64,000 nucleotides of DNA from Candidatus Aminicenantes bacterium (GTDB lineage Bacteria > Acidobacteriota > Aminicenantia > Aminicenantales > JAFGBC01), in assembly GCA_963702005.1 (NCBI GenBank), contig OY969696.1, positions 1,344,001 through 1,408,000 on the forward strand, given 5' to 3'. Below the pieces are notes generated by a model. The model searched no databases and was not told the DNA's origin. It saw only the letters and a list, made by a program, of their open reading frames with translations. The position numbers and the translations under genes are program-made. Positions 49,419-59,972 of this stretch are shown here, in pieces; position 1 is the stretch's first letter; every line of letters starts with the position of its first letter.

Positions 49419-49801
49419 CAAATCCGGCAAAAAAAAGGATTCTTGTCGTCGACGATGAGGCGACGGTCTGCAAGAGCATCCGGCAGGCGCTCCTCTGTGT
49501 AGAGTACGATATCGAGATCGCCTTGAGCGGGGAAGAGGCCTTGCGGATGGCTGAAAACAAGGATTACGAGGTGATGGTCGTCGACCTGATGATGCCGGGT
49601 CTGAACGGACTGGATCTGCTGAGGTCGATCAAGGCCAAAAATTCCTCGGCCCGAATCATCATGGTCACGGGATACCCCACGATGAAGAATACCCTCCAGG
49701 CCATGCAGATCGGGGCATTCGACTTTCTGCCCAAGCCGTTCCTGCCCTCCGACCTCCGTAAAATCGTCGCCAAGGCCTTGGCCGTTCAGGACCAAGACTA
49801 G
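49415..49801 (+). CDS. Single-domain response regulator
   Basis: ILVVDDE, VDLMMPG, MVTG, KPF. Confidence 0.9.
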   Translation: MTNPAKKRILVVDDEATVCKSIRQALLCVEYDIEIALSGEEALRMAENKDYEVMVVDLMMPGLNGLDLLRSIKAKNSSARIIMVTGYPTMKNTLQAMQIGAFDFLPKPFLPSDLRKIVAKALAVQDQD

Positions 49802-49806
49802 GGCGA

Positions 49807-49957
49807 GTCAACCCCTCGACTCCCCGGCATGAATGCCGGGGCTTGTTCGGGGTTAACCCTGAGCCGCGCTTTTCGTCCCCGCCTTTCAGGGCGGCACACA
49901 CGAACCGTTCCCGGTTCGTGAGTACTTCAAGGCTGGGTAGCGTCGGCGAACGGGTCA
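49807..49957 (+). repeat. Modular nested-hairpin element, family R2 copy C
   Basis: Same termini as copies A and B; the terminal TCA is the sucD stop codon. Confidence 0.85.
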
Positions 49958-50833
49958 GGAGCGCTGGGATAAGGACTCTCGGAGCCTGTCGCCGATTTCG
50001 GCCGGGCTGACGGCGACGTGGACGCCGGCGGCCTGGAGGGCGTCCATTTTTTCCTTGGCCGTTCCTTTCCCTCCAGCGATGATGGCGCCGGCGTGCCCCA
50101 TCCGCCGGCCGGGCGGGGCGGTTTGTCCGGCGATGAAGCCGACGACCGGTTTGCCGTAGCCCTCTTGGATATAGGCCGCGGCCTCCTCTTCGGCCGTGCC
50201 TCCGATCTCGCCGATCAGGATGACGGCTTCGGTCTCCGGGTCGTTTTTGAACAACTTCAGCAGGTCGACGAACTTCAGCCCGACGATCGGGTCGCCGCCG
50301 ATGCCCACGGCCGTGGATTGGCCCAAGCCCTGCCGGGTCACCTGTTGGACGGCCTCATAGGTCAATGTGCCTGAACGTGAAATAATCCCGACCGTCCCCC
50401 GCTTGTGGATGTGGCCGGGCATGATCCCGATCTTGGATTTTCCGGGGGAGATGAGGCCCGGCGTGTTCGGTCCGATCAGAGACGCCGGCTTATCCTTAAG
50501 GAACGTTGTGACCTTGATCATGTCGAAGGTGGGGATGCCTTCGGTGATGCAGACCACCAGCTTGAGGCCCGCGTCCGCGCATTCCATGATGGCGTCGGCT
50601 GCGGCGAAGGGCGGCACGAAGATCGCCGCCGCGTCGGCCCCCTCGGATACAGCGGCCTCGGCCACGGTGTTGAAGACGGGGACGCCGAGGTGCTTGGTCC
50701 CGCCCTTGCCGGGCGTCATGCCGGCCACGACCTTCGTGCCGTATTCGATCATCTTTTGGGCGTGGAACGTGCCTTCACTGCCGGTGATCCCCAGGACGAC
50801 GACCCGCGTTTTTTCATCGAGGAGGATGCTCAT
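49955..50833 (-). CDS. sucD: Succinyl-CoA synthetase alpha subunit
   Basis: [38 protein letters not shown]. Confidence 0.96.
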   Translation of the reverse strand: MSILLDEKTRVVVLGITGSEGTFHAQKMIEYGTKVVAGMTPGKGGTKHLGVPVFNTVAEAAVSEGADAAAIFVPPFAAADAIMECADAGLKLVVCITEGIPTFDMIKVTTFLKDKPASLIGPNTPGLISPGKSKIGIMPGHIHKRGTVGIISRSGTLTYEAVQQVTRQGLGQSTAVGIGGDPIVGLKFVDLLKLFKNDPETEAVILIGEIGGTAEEEAAAYIQEGYGKPVVGFIAGQTAPPGRRMGHAGAIIAGGKGTAKEKMDALQAAGVHVAVSPAEIGDRLRESLSQRS

Positions 50834-50854
50834 GGAAGGCTCCTTTGGTTCGGC

Positions 50855-52012
<1,158 letters not shown>

Positions 52013-52066
52013 TTCATTCGTCCTGGTAGAAAAAGTTTCCTGGGCCGAAACGCCTCGGCCGCACTC

Positions 52067-52146
52067 CTTATAGCAAAGGATCCTTTTGATGTCAAACCGG
52101 TGAACGAGTTCACGACCTTGACAGTTCTCGTTAAAATATCTATAGT
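52067..52146. promoter_or_regulatory. Back-to-back sigma70 promoters with central GTGAA-N4-TTCAC operator
   Basis: Minus: TTGACA(52090-95)-17-TATAAG; plus: TTGACA(52118-23)-17-TATAGT; palindrome at 52100-52113. Confidence 0.7.
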
Positions 52147-52374
52147 AAAAAACTCGGTAGTGCTTGCTGCGACTTACCCATGAGTGAGCAACCATGGCGG
52201 GCGGGACGGAATCATCCCGATTCCTTTGCGTATTTTTCTCCCTCCGGCGATCATCGCTCTCCTACTGCCCATTTTTACCGCATCCGGCGCCGGGCGCTTC
52301 CCTTGAGTCCCGTCTTCATGGCCGGGTCCGAAGGGCGGAAGCTAACCCTTAGCCCCATCCCGAAAGGATGATCC

Positions 52375-53340
52375 ATGCCTAAGCCAAAATTCGCAGTCTA
52401 CTGGGCCGCCTCTTGTGGAGGGTGCGAAATCGCGTTTCTCGAGATCCGGGAGAAGATCCTGGATTTCGACGCGGCGGCCGACTTGGTGTTCTGTCCGTGC
52501 CTCATGGACACTAAATACAAAGATATCGAAGCGATGGCCGATGGCGAGATTGACGTTACGCTCTTCAACGGGGGAATCCGGAACGAGGAGAACCTCCACA
52601 TCGCCCAACTCCTCCGGCAAAAGTCCAAAGTCCTGGTCGCCTTCGGCTCCTGCGCAACCAAGGGTTGCATCCCCGGTTTGGCCAACCTGACGACCAAAGA
52701 GGAAATGCTGGACTACGTCTATCGACGCTCCCCCTCCCTGGAAGCGGGCAATCAGGTTTTGCCCCAGATGACCACCGAGACTCCGGCCGGGCGGCTGACC
52801 CTTCCGGCCCTGTATGAAACCCTCCGGCCCCTGGGTCAGGTCGTGGACGTGGACTACCGCGTGCCCGGCTGTCCTCCCGTGGCCGAACAGATCTGGGCGG
52901 TGGCCGAGGCGGCCCTGACCGGAAAGCTTCCCCCCAAGGGTTCTCTGGTGGGGGTCAATCCCAAGACGGTCTGCGACGAATGCAAGCGGAAGAAAGAAGA
53001 GAAGAAGATCAAGGCCTTCCGCCGGCCCCACCTCGTCGACCCCCGGGATATCGATCCCAATAAGTGTCTGCTCGAGCAGGGGATCATCTGCAACGGGCCG
53101 GCCATCCACGCCGGCTGCGGCGCCCTCTGCCCCCAGGTCAACCTGGGGTGCCGCGGTTGCTACGGACCGGCCGATGGCATCCTTGATGTCGGGGCCAAGC
53201 TGGCCGGGTCGATCGCCTCGATCATCGACAGCGACGATCCCGCCGAGATCGAAACGATCGTCAAACAAATTCCGGATCCGGTCGGGACGTTTTACCGTTT
53301 CAGCCTGGCCGCTTCGCTCGTCGGGAGGCGCTTGAAATGA
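52375..53340 (+). CDS. mvhG: Group 3c [NiFe]-hydrogenase small subunit
   Basis: ASCGGCE, FGSCA, PGCPP, VCDEC, CLLEQGIICNGP, CRGCYGP. Confidence 0.9.
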   Translation: MPKPKFAVYWAASCGGCEIAFLEIREKILDFDAAADLVFCPCLMDTKYKDIEAMADGEIDVTLFNGGIRNEENLHIAQLLRQKSKVLVAFGSCATKGCIPGLANLTTKEEMLDYVYRRSPSLEAGNQVLPQMTTETPAGRLTLPALYETLRPLGQVVDVDYRVPGCPPVAEQIWAVAEAALTGKLPPKGSLVGVNPKTVCDECKRKKEEKKIKAFRRPHLVDPRDIDPNKCLLEQGIICNGPAIHAGCGALCPQVNLGCRGCYGPADGILDVGAKLAGSIASIIDSDDPAEIETIVKQIPDPVGTFYRFSLAASLVGRRLK

Positions 53341-54794
53341 AAACGATCACCATCGACCCTATAACGCGGCTCGAAGGCCACGGCAAAATCTCCATTTTCC
53401 TGGATGACGCGGGCAACGTCGCCGACGCCTACCTCCAGATCCCCGAGCTCCGCGGCTTTGAGAAGTTCTGCGTCGGCCGTCCCGTCGAGGAGATGCCCCG
53501 GATCACGACCCGTATCTGCGGCGTCTGCCCGGAAGCCCACATGATGGCTTCGGCCAAGACTTGCGACGCGGTCTATCACATCGACCTCCCCCGCACGGCC
53601 CGGATGCTGCGGGAGCTGCTCTACGTCATTTTTTTTGTCACCGACCACGCCACTCATTTCTACGCCTTGGGCGGGCCTGATTTCGTCATGGGGCCGGACG
53701 CCCCGGCGGCCCAGCGCAATATCCTCGGCGTCATCCACAAGGTCGGGGTCGAGATCGGCCGGAAAGTCATCGGCATGCGCGGGGCCTGCCACGAGCTCAT
53801 TAAGATGATGGGCGGCAAAGCCGTCCACCCTATCGGGGCGCTGCCCGGCGGCATGAGCAAGGGCATGAGCAAGGACGAGCGCGACCTCGTCCTCAAAACG
53901 GGCCGGGACGCCGTCGAATTCGGCAAGTTCTCCATCGGCATCTTTAACCAGATCGTCCTGGGAAACAAGAAATATGTCGACCTCATCCTGAGCGACAGCT
54001 TCACGCATCACACCTACAACATGGGGCTGGTCGACGAGCACAACCACGTCAACTTCTACGACGGCAGCGTCCGCGTGACGGGTCCGGACGGACGCGAACA
54101 CGCCCAGTTCAAGGCCGCCGAATACCTCGAACATATCGTCGAGCACGTCGAGCCCTGGACCTACCTCAAATTCCCGGTCCTCCGCAAGATCGGCTGGAAG
54201 GGCCTCGTCGACGGCCCCGAGAGCGGGATCTACAAGGCGACGCCGCTCTCCCGCCTCAATGTTTCGGACGGGATGGCGACGCCGCTGGCCAACGAGGAGC
54301 ACGACCGGATGTACAAGACTTTGGGCGGCAAGCCCGTCCACCAAACGCTGGCCACCCACTGGGCCCGCCTGATCGAGCTCCTGTACGCGGCCGAGCGCTG
54401 GGTCGAACTGGCCTCAGACGCCGAGATCACGGGTCCCGAATACCGGGTCGTCCCCGACAAGACCCCGGACGAGGGCATGGGCGTCGTCGAGGCGCCCAGG
54501 GGCACTCTCTATCATCATTATAAGACGGACAAGAACGGCCTTGTCCGAGAGGCCAACCTGATCGTCGGGACGACCAACAACAACGGCGCCATAAACCTGT
54601 CGATCAAGAAAGCCGCGATGAACTTCATAAAAAACGGCAACGTCAACGACGGGCTTCTGAACATCGTCGAGATGGCGTTCAGAGCCTACGATCCCTGCTT
54701 CGGGTGCGCTACCCATGCGTGGCCCGGCCAAGCGCCGCTTCATATCGGCATCTTCGACCATGAGAGAAACCTCGTCCGTGATCTGAGGAGATGA
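53337..54794 (+). CDS. mvhA: Group 3c [NiFe]-hydrogenase large subunit
   Basis: DPITRLEGHG; L1 RICGVC; VEAPRGTL; L2 AFRAYDPCFGCATH followed by a C-terminal extension. Confidence 0.93.
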   Translation: MKTITIDPITRLEGHGKISIFLDDAGNVADAYLQIPELRGFEKFCVGRPVEEMPRITTRICGVCPEAHMMASAKTCDAVYHIDLPRTARMLRELLYVIFFVTDHATHFYALGGPDFVMGPDAPAAQRNILGVIHKVGVEIGRKVIGMRGACHELIKMMGGKAVHPIGALPGGMSKGMSKDERDLVLKTGRDAVEFGKFSIGIFNQIVLGNKKYVDLILSDSFTHHTYNMGLVDEHNHVNFYDGSVRVTGPDGREHAQFKAAEYLEHIVEHVEPWTYLKFPVLRKIGWKGLVDGPESGIYKATPLSRLNVSDGMATPLANEEHDRMYKTLGGKPVHQTLATHWARLIELLYAAERWVELASDAEITGPEYRVVPDKTPDEGMGVVEAPRGTLYHHYKTDKNGLVREANLIVGTTNNNGAINLSIKKAAMNFIKNGNVNDGLLNIVEMAFRAYDPCFGCATHAWPGQAPLHIGIFDHERNLVRDLRR

Positions 54795-56233
54795 CCAAGG
54801 CCATGAAAGTTCTCGTTCTCAACAGCGGCAGCTCATCCGTCAAGTTCCAGTTTATCCGGATGGACGATGAAGGCCTCTTGGCTAAAGGGATCGTCGAGAA
54901 GATCGGCTCGAGCGACGCCATCGTCACCTACCAGCCGGAGGGACGGAACAAGATCCGCGAGATCCGCGAGGTCCTCAACCACAGCGTGGCCATCGAGATG
55001 GTCCTCAACCTGCTCCTCCACCCCCAGCACGGCGTCATCCGCCACATGAGCGAGATCGACGGAATCGGGCACCGCGTCGTCCACGGGGGCGAGGACTTTT
55101 CCGACTCTGTCCTGATCACGGACAAGGTCAAGGCCACCATCCGCAAGTGCATTCAATTCGCCCCGCTCCATAATCCCCACAACCTCAAGGGCATCGAAGC
55201 CTGCGAGACGCTCCTGCCGGGAGTCCCTCAGGTGGGCGTGTTCGACACGGCCTATCATCAAACCATCCCCCCCAAGGCGTTCATCTATGGGTTGCCCTAT
55301 GCCCTCTACAGGAAACTGAGCATCCGTCGCTACGGATTCCACGGCACCTCCCACAACTACGTCGCCCACCGGGCCGCCGAGATCCTCGGCCGGCCGATCG
55401 GCGAGCTCAAACTTATCACCTGCCACCTGGGCAACGGGGCCAGCATCACCGCCGTGGTCGGCGGGAAATCGGTCGACACGACCATGGGTTTCACTCCCCT
55501 CGAAGGCCTGGTCATGGGGACCCGCTGCGGCAGCATCGACCCCGCCCTTGTCCCCTACATCATGGATCGGGAGAAGCTCGGGACCAAGGAAATCGACTCC
55601 ATCATGAACAAGAACAGCGGCATGCTGGGACTGACCGAGACCTCTCACGACATGCGGGAGGTCGAGCAGGAGGCCGCCCATGGCAGCGAGCGCCACCGTC
55701 TGGCCCTCGAGATCTACTGCCACGCCGCGAAAAAGTACATTGGGGCCTACATGGCCGAAATGGGCGGGGTGAACGCCATCGTCTTCACCGGCGGGATCGG
55801 GGAGAACTCCCGGCTGGTCCGGCGGCTCGTTTTGGAAGGTTTGGACAAATTCGACATCATCCTCGACGCCGGAAAGAACGAGGCCAACGAGCGCGTGATC
55901 AGTTCGGGTGGGGTCAAGATCATGGTTATTCCGACCAACGAAGAGTTGGCCATTGCCAGAGACACACAGCGGATTCTAATCTCATTAGGGCCCGCGGAGA
56001 TTCTGCCCGCCGCGGCGGAAGCCGAACGCCCGGCCGCTTTTCCACCCGATGATGTGGCCAAGCTCGTCCTGCTCTGGGCCAAGAATCGCAAGGCAGACGC
56101 CTCGTTTCTGGCCTTGAAATGGAGCGAGGAGATCGGCCGCCCCGTTGATCCCGAGACCGCGCGGCGGGAGCTGGAGCGGCTGAACCTGGTGGCGGCCGCC
56201 CGGCCGGCCAAGAAAACGCCGAAAACGAAGTGA
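54791..56233 (+). CDS. ackA: Acetate kinase with ~80-aa C-terminal extension
   Basis: VLNSGSSSVK, GHRVVHGG, APLHNP, RYGFHGTSH, CHLGNGAS, FTGGIGEN, PTNEE. Confidence 0.94.
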   Translation: MTKAMKVLVLNSGSSSVKFQFIRMDDEGLLAKGIVEKIGSSDAIVTYQPEGRNKIREIREVLNHSVAIEMVLNLLLHPQHGVIRHMSEIDGIGHRVVHGGEDFSDSVLITDKVKATIRKCIQFAPLHNPHNLKGIEACETLLPGVPQVGVFDTAYHQTIPPKAFIYGLPYALYRKLSIRRYGFHGTSHNYVAHRAAEILGRPIGELKLITCHLGNGASITAVVGGKSVDTTMGFTPLEGLVMGTRCGSIDPALVPYIMDREKLGTKEIDSIMNKNSGMLGLTETSHDMREVEQEAAHGSERHRLALEIYCHAAKKYIGAYMAEMGGVNAIVFTGGIGENSRLVRRLVLEGLDKFDIILDAGKNEANERVISSGGVKIMVIPTNEELAIARDTQRILISLGPAEILPAAAEAERPAAFPPDDVAKLVLLWAKNRKADASFLALKWSEEIGRPVDPETARRELERLNLVAAARPAKKTPKTK

Positions 56234-56742
56234 AGGATGGAGTCATGGATAAAATCAACCGGGAAGATGCAGGCTGGCTGGTCGCCTTGGCTTGGCTGAG
56301 CGCGCTTGAAGAGACGGGCCGCGATTTCCACGGCACGCGGCCGTACGTCTTCAGCGCCCGGGCCTATGAGCATTCCGTCCAGTATTATCTCCATCTCCTG
56401 GGGGACGAATACGGCATACAGATCAAGAAGTCCGGCTCGATTCGGGCCGCCGTCGAGAACTACATCCAGATCGGCGTCGCCGGCGGATTGTTTCGAGACG
56501 CGAATTTTTTCGAACTGTCCGAGCTGAATCCCTTCCACCTGGAGATCACGGTCCATGACTGCGTCTACTTGAAAAGCTGCCGGGCGCTGATCGAGGAGGG
56601 TTTCTCGGTCCGCGACCTGACCTGCGCCCGGATCGGATGCTTTCGAGCGGCGGTCAAAGCCCTGGCCAACATCGACTGCGAATACCAGGTGACGTCATTC
56701 AACATCGACGGGGACTGCAAAGGCTACATTGAAAGGACCTGA
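56230..56742 (+). CDS. Cys-containing V4R-like hypothetical protein
   Basis: HDCVYLKSC...TCARIGC...C...C pattern; overlaps both neighbours. Confidence 0.55.
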   Translation: MKDGVMDKINREDAGWLVALAWLSALEETGRDFHGTRPYVFSARAYEHSVQYYLHLLGDEYGIQIKKSGSIRAAVENYIQIGVAGGLFRDANFFELSELNPFHLEITVHDCVYLKSCRALIEEGFSVRDLTCARIGCFRAAVKALANIDCEYQVTSFNIDGDCKGYIERT

Positions 56743-58582
56743 ATTGGATATTGCGGCCTCCTCAGAGCTGAAGAACCTGCTCCAGACGGTCAAGGAGAGC
56801 GATGACGCGGCGATCGTCCGGGCGGCCATCATGCAGCTGGGCTATGAAAAACAGGCCGAAATCTATCCCGTCCTGGTCGAAAAGCTGGCCGACCCGAATC
56901 CCAGCGTTCAACACGCGGCCGTTATCGCCCTGGGACGTTACGGCCGAGCGGACGCCATCGAGGAGCTGATCAAACCCAAAATCTTCAACTCGCCCAACGC
57001 CCAGATCCGTTGGGCGGCCGTCACCGCCTTAGGCCGGCTGGGCGATTATCGAGTCATCACTTATCTGCTCAAAGCCGTCGAAGATCCGGAGTGGATCGTC
57101 CGGACCGAGACCGTCACCGAGCTCATGGGAAAAGTCAAGGAGATCATTGCCCGCAAGGACGTCCGGCTGGCCCGGGTCCTGATCTATATGTTCTCGCTGG
57201 ACAACGAGGAGATCGTCAACCTGGCCATGGAGGGCTTCCAGGAAATAGGGCCCGGAAGCCTAACCTGGCTCCATGACGCCCTCCAGAATCCCTCGCCGAA
57301 CATCCGCTCCAACACGGCCCGGACCTTGGGGAAGATGAGTTTCCATGCCTCCGCGCCTTACCTCCTGGAGCTTCTCCAGGACGAAGACGCCACCGTAAGG
57401 GCCTGTGCTTGTGAAGCCTTGGGCCAGATCGGAGACAAGAGCAGCATCGAACCCCTGGTGTTGATGATCCAGGACAACGTCGAAAAAGTCCAGGAGCAGG
57501 CCGCTACGGCCATCGTCGGTTTCGGGAAGCAAGCCACGATTCCCCTTTTAAACGCGCTGTCCCGCGAGCGGGATAAATTCGCACAGCGGGCGTTCCTCAA
57601 GTGCCTGGGCCGGATCGGAGACCCCAAGTCCGTTTCCGCTCTGATCAGCTATCTGCGCAGCAGCTATTTCATCGTCCGCCAGTCGGCCGTGTCCGCCCTT
57701 GTCCACTTCGGCCCGATCGTGACCCGTCACCTCGTGGCCACGCTCTCCTTCAACACGTCGGACATCGAGAAGCTGACCAGAGACGCCTGCGACAAGGAGC
57801 ACCCGGAACTCCAGATGAGGGCCATCAAAGCCCTCGGGGGGCTGGAGGATAAGCGCGTCGTTCCCCTGCTCAAGGAGATCGTCGAGGAGGGGTTGCCCGA
57901 CGTCCAGGAGGCGGCCTGCCAGGCCCTCTATCAGATCGGGTGCGCCGCCTGGGGCCGTTGCTCCGCCCTCAAGGTTCTGGGCGAGGTGGCGGACCAATCC
58001 GCCGTCGCCGAGATCCTGCCTTCGCTCCAGGACCATTCCGAAAACGTCCGCTGCGAAGCCGTCCGGTCCTTGGGTAAATTGGGCGGCCCCGCAGCCGTCA
58101 AGAATCTGGCCCGAATAGCCCGGAAGGACAGGGCCGACTTCATCCGGCGCGAGGCCTTCCGAGTCCTGAGGACGGCCGGGCTGGGCCAGCCCGGGATCCT
58201 GGACGTCGCCCAGAGAGGCCTCAGGGACTCCTCAAGGGAGGTCCGGGTTCAGGCCGCCCGGCTTCTGGGCAACTTTCAGGACCGGAAATCCATCCTTCCC
58301 TTGCTTAAGGCCATGGCCGATCTCCATTGGAGCGTTCGCGAGAGCGCCGAGACCGCGCTCCTCAATTTCGGACAGGATGCCGTGGACCTGCTGATTGAAG
58401 CCTTGGACAGCCGCTCATGGACGACGCGTTTTCGCGCCGCCCGGCTGTTAGGAGAGATCGGAGATCCGAAGGCCGTATCTCCGCTAAAAAAGGCCCTCGC
58501 TCGACGAGGGGAAAGGAGGGACGTTCGGGAGGTCGCCAATGCCTCGCTCCAGAAGATAGAGAATCCCGTAACGCACTCATAA
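56729..58582 (+). CDS. HEAT/PBS-lyase repeat protein
   Basis: Repeated LxDxxxxVRxxAAxALGxxG units. Confidence 0.88.
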   Translation: MKGPELDIAASSELKNLLQTVKESDDAAIVRAAIMQLGYEKQAEIYPVLVEKLADPNPSVQHAAVIALGRYGRADAIEELIKPKIFNSPNAQIRWAAVTALGRLGDYRVITYLLKAVEDPEWIVRTETVTELMGKVKEIIARKDVRLARVLIYMFSLDNEEIVNLAMEGFQEIGPGSLTWLHDALQNPSPNIRSNTARTLGKMSFHASAPYLLELLQDEDATVRACACEALGQIGDKSSIEPLVLMIQDNVEKVQEQAATAIVGFGKQATIPLLNALSRERDKFAQRAFLKCLGRIGDPKSVSALISYLRSSYFIVRQSAVSALVHFGPIVTRHLVATLSFNTSDIEKLTRDACDKEHPELQMRAIKALGGLEDKRVVPLLKEIVEEGLPDVQEAACQALYQIGCAAWGRCSALKVLGEVADQSAVAEILPSLQDHSENVRCEAVRSLGKLGGPAAVKNLARIARKDRADFIRREAFRVLRTAGLGQPGILDVAQRGLRDSSREVRVQAARLLGNFQDRKSILPLLKAMADLHWSVRESAETALLNFGQDAVDLLIEALDSRSWTTRFRAARLLGEIGDPKAVSPLKKALARRGERRDVREVANASLQKIENPVTHS

Positions 58583-58622
58583 TTATTTTCCGGCACTTTT
58601 TTACTTAACGCGAGGAGAGAGC

Positions 58623-59030
58623 ATGAGAGTCAAGCTCAAGGCGAGTTCAGAACCGCGTAAGTTCATCGAGAGGATCGAGGAGCTTTCCGGCGAGAATGTC
58701 TACGCCTGCTACCAATGCGGGCGATGCTCGGCCGGATGCCCGGTCGCTTCGGAGATGGACCTCCTCCCCAACCAAATCATCCGGCTTGTCCAGATGGGGC
58801 TCGAGGAGGATGTCCTACGGTCCAAGACCCTTTTCCTGTGCGCCTCCTGTTTCACCTGCCAGTCGCGCTGCCCCAAGGGCATCGATATGGCCAGGATCAT
58901 GGAGGCCGTCCGCTACGTCCTGGAGCCGAAGGGCAAGGACGCCTACGGGCCGTGTGAAGTCTCGCCGGAGCTGGCCAAGGAGCTGCCCCAGCAGGCCCTG
59001 GTCTCCCTCTTTCGCAAGTTCTCGAAGTAG
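58623..59030 (+). CDS. hdrC: Heterodisulfide reductase subunit C
   Basis: CYQCGRCSAGCP, CASCFTCQSRCP. Confidence 0.92.
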   Translation: MRVKLKASSEPRKFIERIEELSGENVYACYQCGRCSAGCPVASEMDLLPNQIIRLVQMGLEEDVLRSKTLFLCASCFTCQSRCPKGIDMARIMEAVRYVLEPKGKDAYGPCEVSPELAKELPQQALVSLFRKFSK

Positions 59031-59039
59031 GGAGGGCCG

Positions 59040-59972
59040 ATGAAGCTCCATTATTATCCGGGATGCACGCTCAAGGAAAAGACGACCGGCCTGGACCTCT
59101 CCACCCGGGAAGCCATGAAACGGCTGGACATCGAGCTGGTCGAGCCCGAGGGGTGGACCTGCTGCGGCGCCGAGTATCCGCTCACCGAGGAAAAGATCGT
59201 CGGCCTCGCGGCACCCCTGCGCGTCCTGCGGCAAGTCCGGGACGAGGGGGGCGACATCTTGGTCACGACCTGTTCCTTCTGTTTCGCCGTCCTGAGGAGG
59301 GCCAATAAGGCCGTCCGGGAGGACCCCCTCAAGAATAAACGCCTCAACGCCTATCTCCGAGACGACGTCAAGATCGATCCCTGGACCAAGGCCAAAACAA
59401 CGGACTTTGGAGATTATAACGGCGAGGTTAAAATCCTCCACTTACTGGAGTATCTCCGCGACCATGTCGGCTATCCCCGGATCCGATCCCGCCTGAAACG
59501 CGATTTGAAGGGCATGGCCATCGCTCCCTATTACGGTTGCCGGCTCCTCCGGCCGCAGAAGGAGCTGGGCGTTGATGAGCCCGACCAGCCGCGAATATTC
59601 GAGGAGTTCCTAGAGGCCGTGGGCTGCCGAGCCGTCGAATACCCTTTCAAACAGGAATGCTGCGGTTCCTATCTATCCGTTTCGATGCCGGCCGCCGCCA
59701 GCGAGGCCTCCTACCGCGTCCTCCGCTCGGCCCGTCTCAACGGCGCCCGGGCCATCACCGTCACCTGCCCCCTGTGTTTCTATAACATGGACCACCGGCA
59801 GGAGGCGATCAAGGAAACTTTCCTGGATTTCCCGGGCCTGCCCGTCTTGTTCTTCAGCCAGATCCTGGCCTGGGCCCTGGGCGTCGACAAGGAACTCCTA
59901 GGCCTTGGGGAGCATTCGGTCCCCGCGGACAGCCTGTTCGACGATCATCCTGCGGCTGAGGTGAGGTCATGA
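59040..59972 (+). CDS. hdrB: Heterodisulfide reductase subunit B
   Basis: YYPGC, WTCCG, CSFC, YYGC, ECCGS and CPLC: two CCG domains. Confidence 0.92.
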   Translation: MKLHYYPGCTLKEKTTGLDLSTREAMKRLDIELVEPEGWTCCGAEYPLTEEKIVGLAAPLRVLRQVRDEGGDILVTTCSFCFAVLRRANKAVREDPLKNKRLNAYLRDDVKIDPWTKAKTTDFGDYNGEVKILHLLEYLRDHVGYPRIRSRLKRDLKGMAIAPYYGCRLLRPQKELGVDEPDQPRIFEEFLEAVGCRAVEYPFKQECCGSYLSVSMPAAASEASYRVLRSARLNGARAITVTCPLCFYNMDHRQEAIKETFLDFPGLPVLFFSQILAWALGVDKELLGLGEHSVPADSLFDDHPAAEVRS

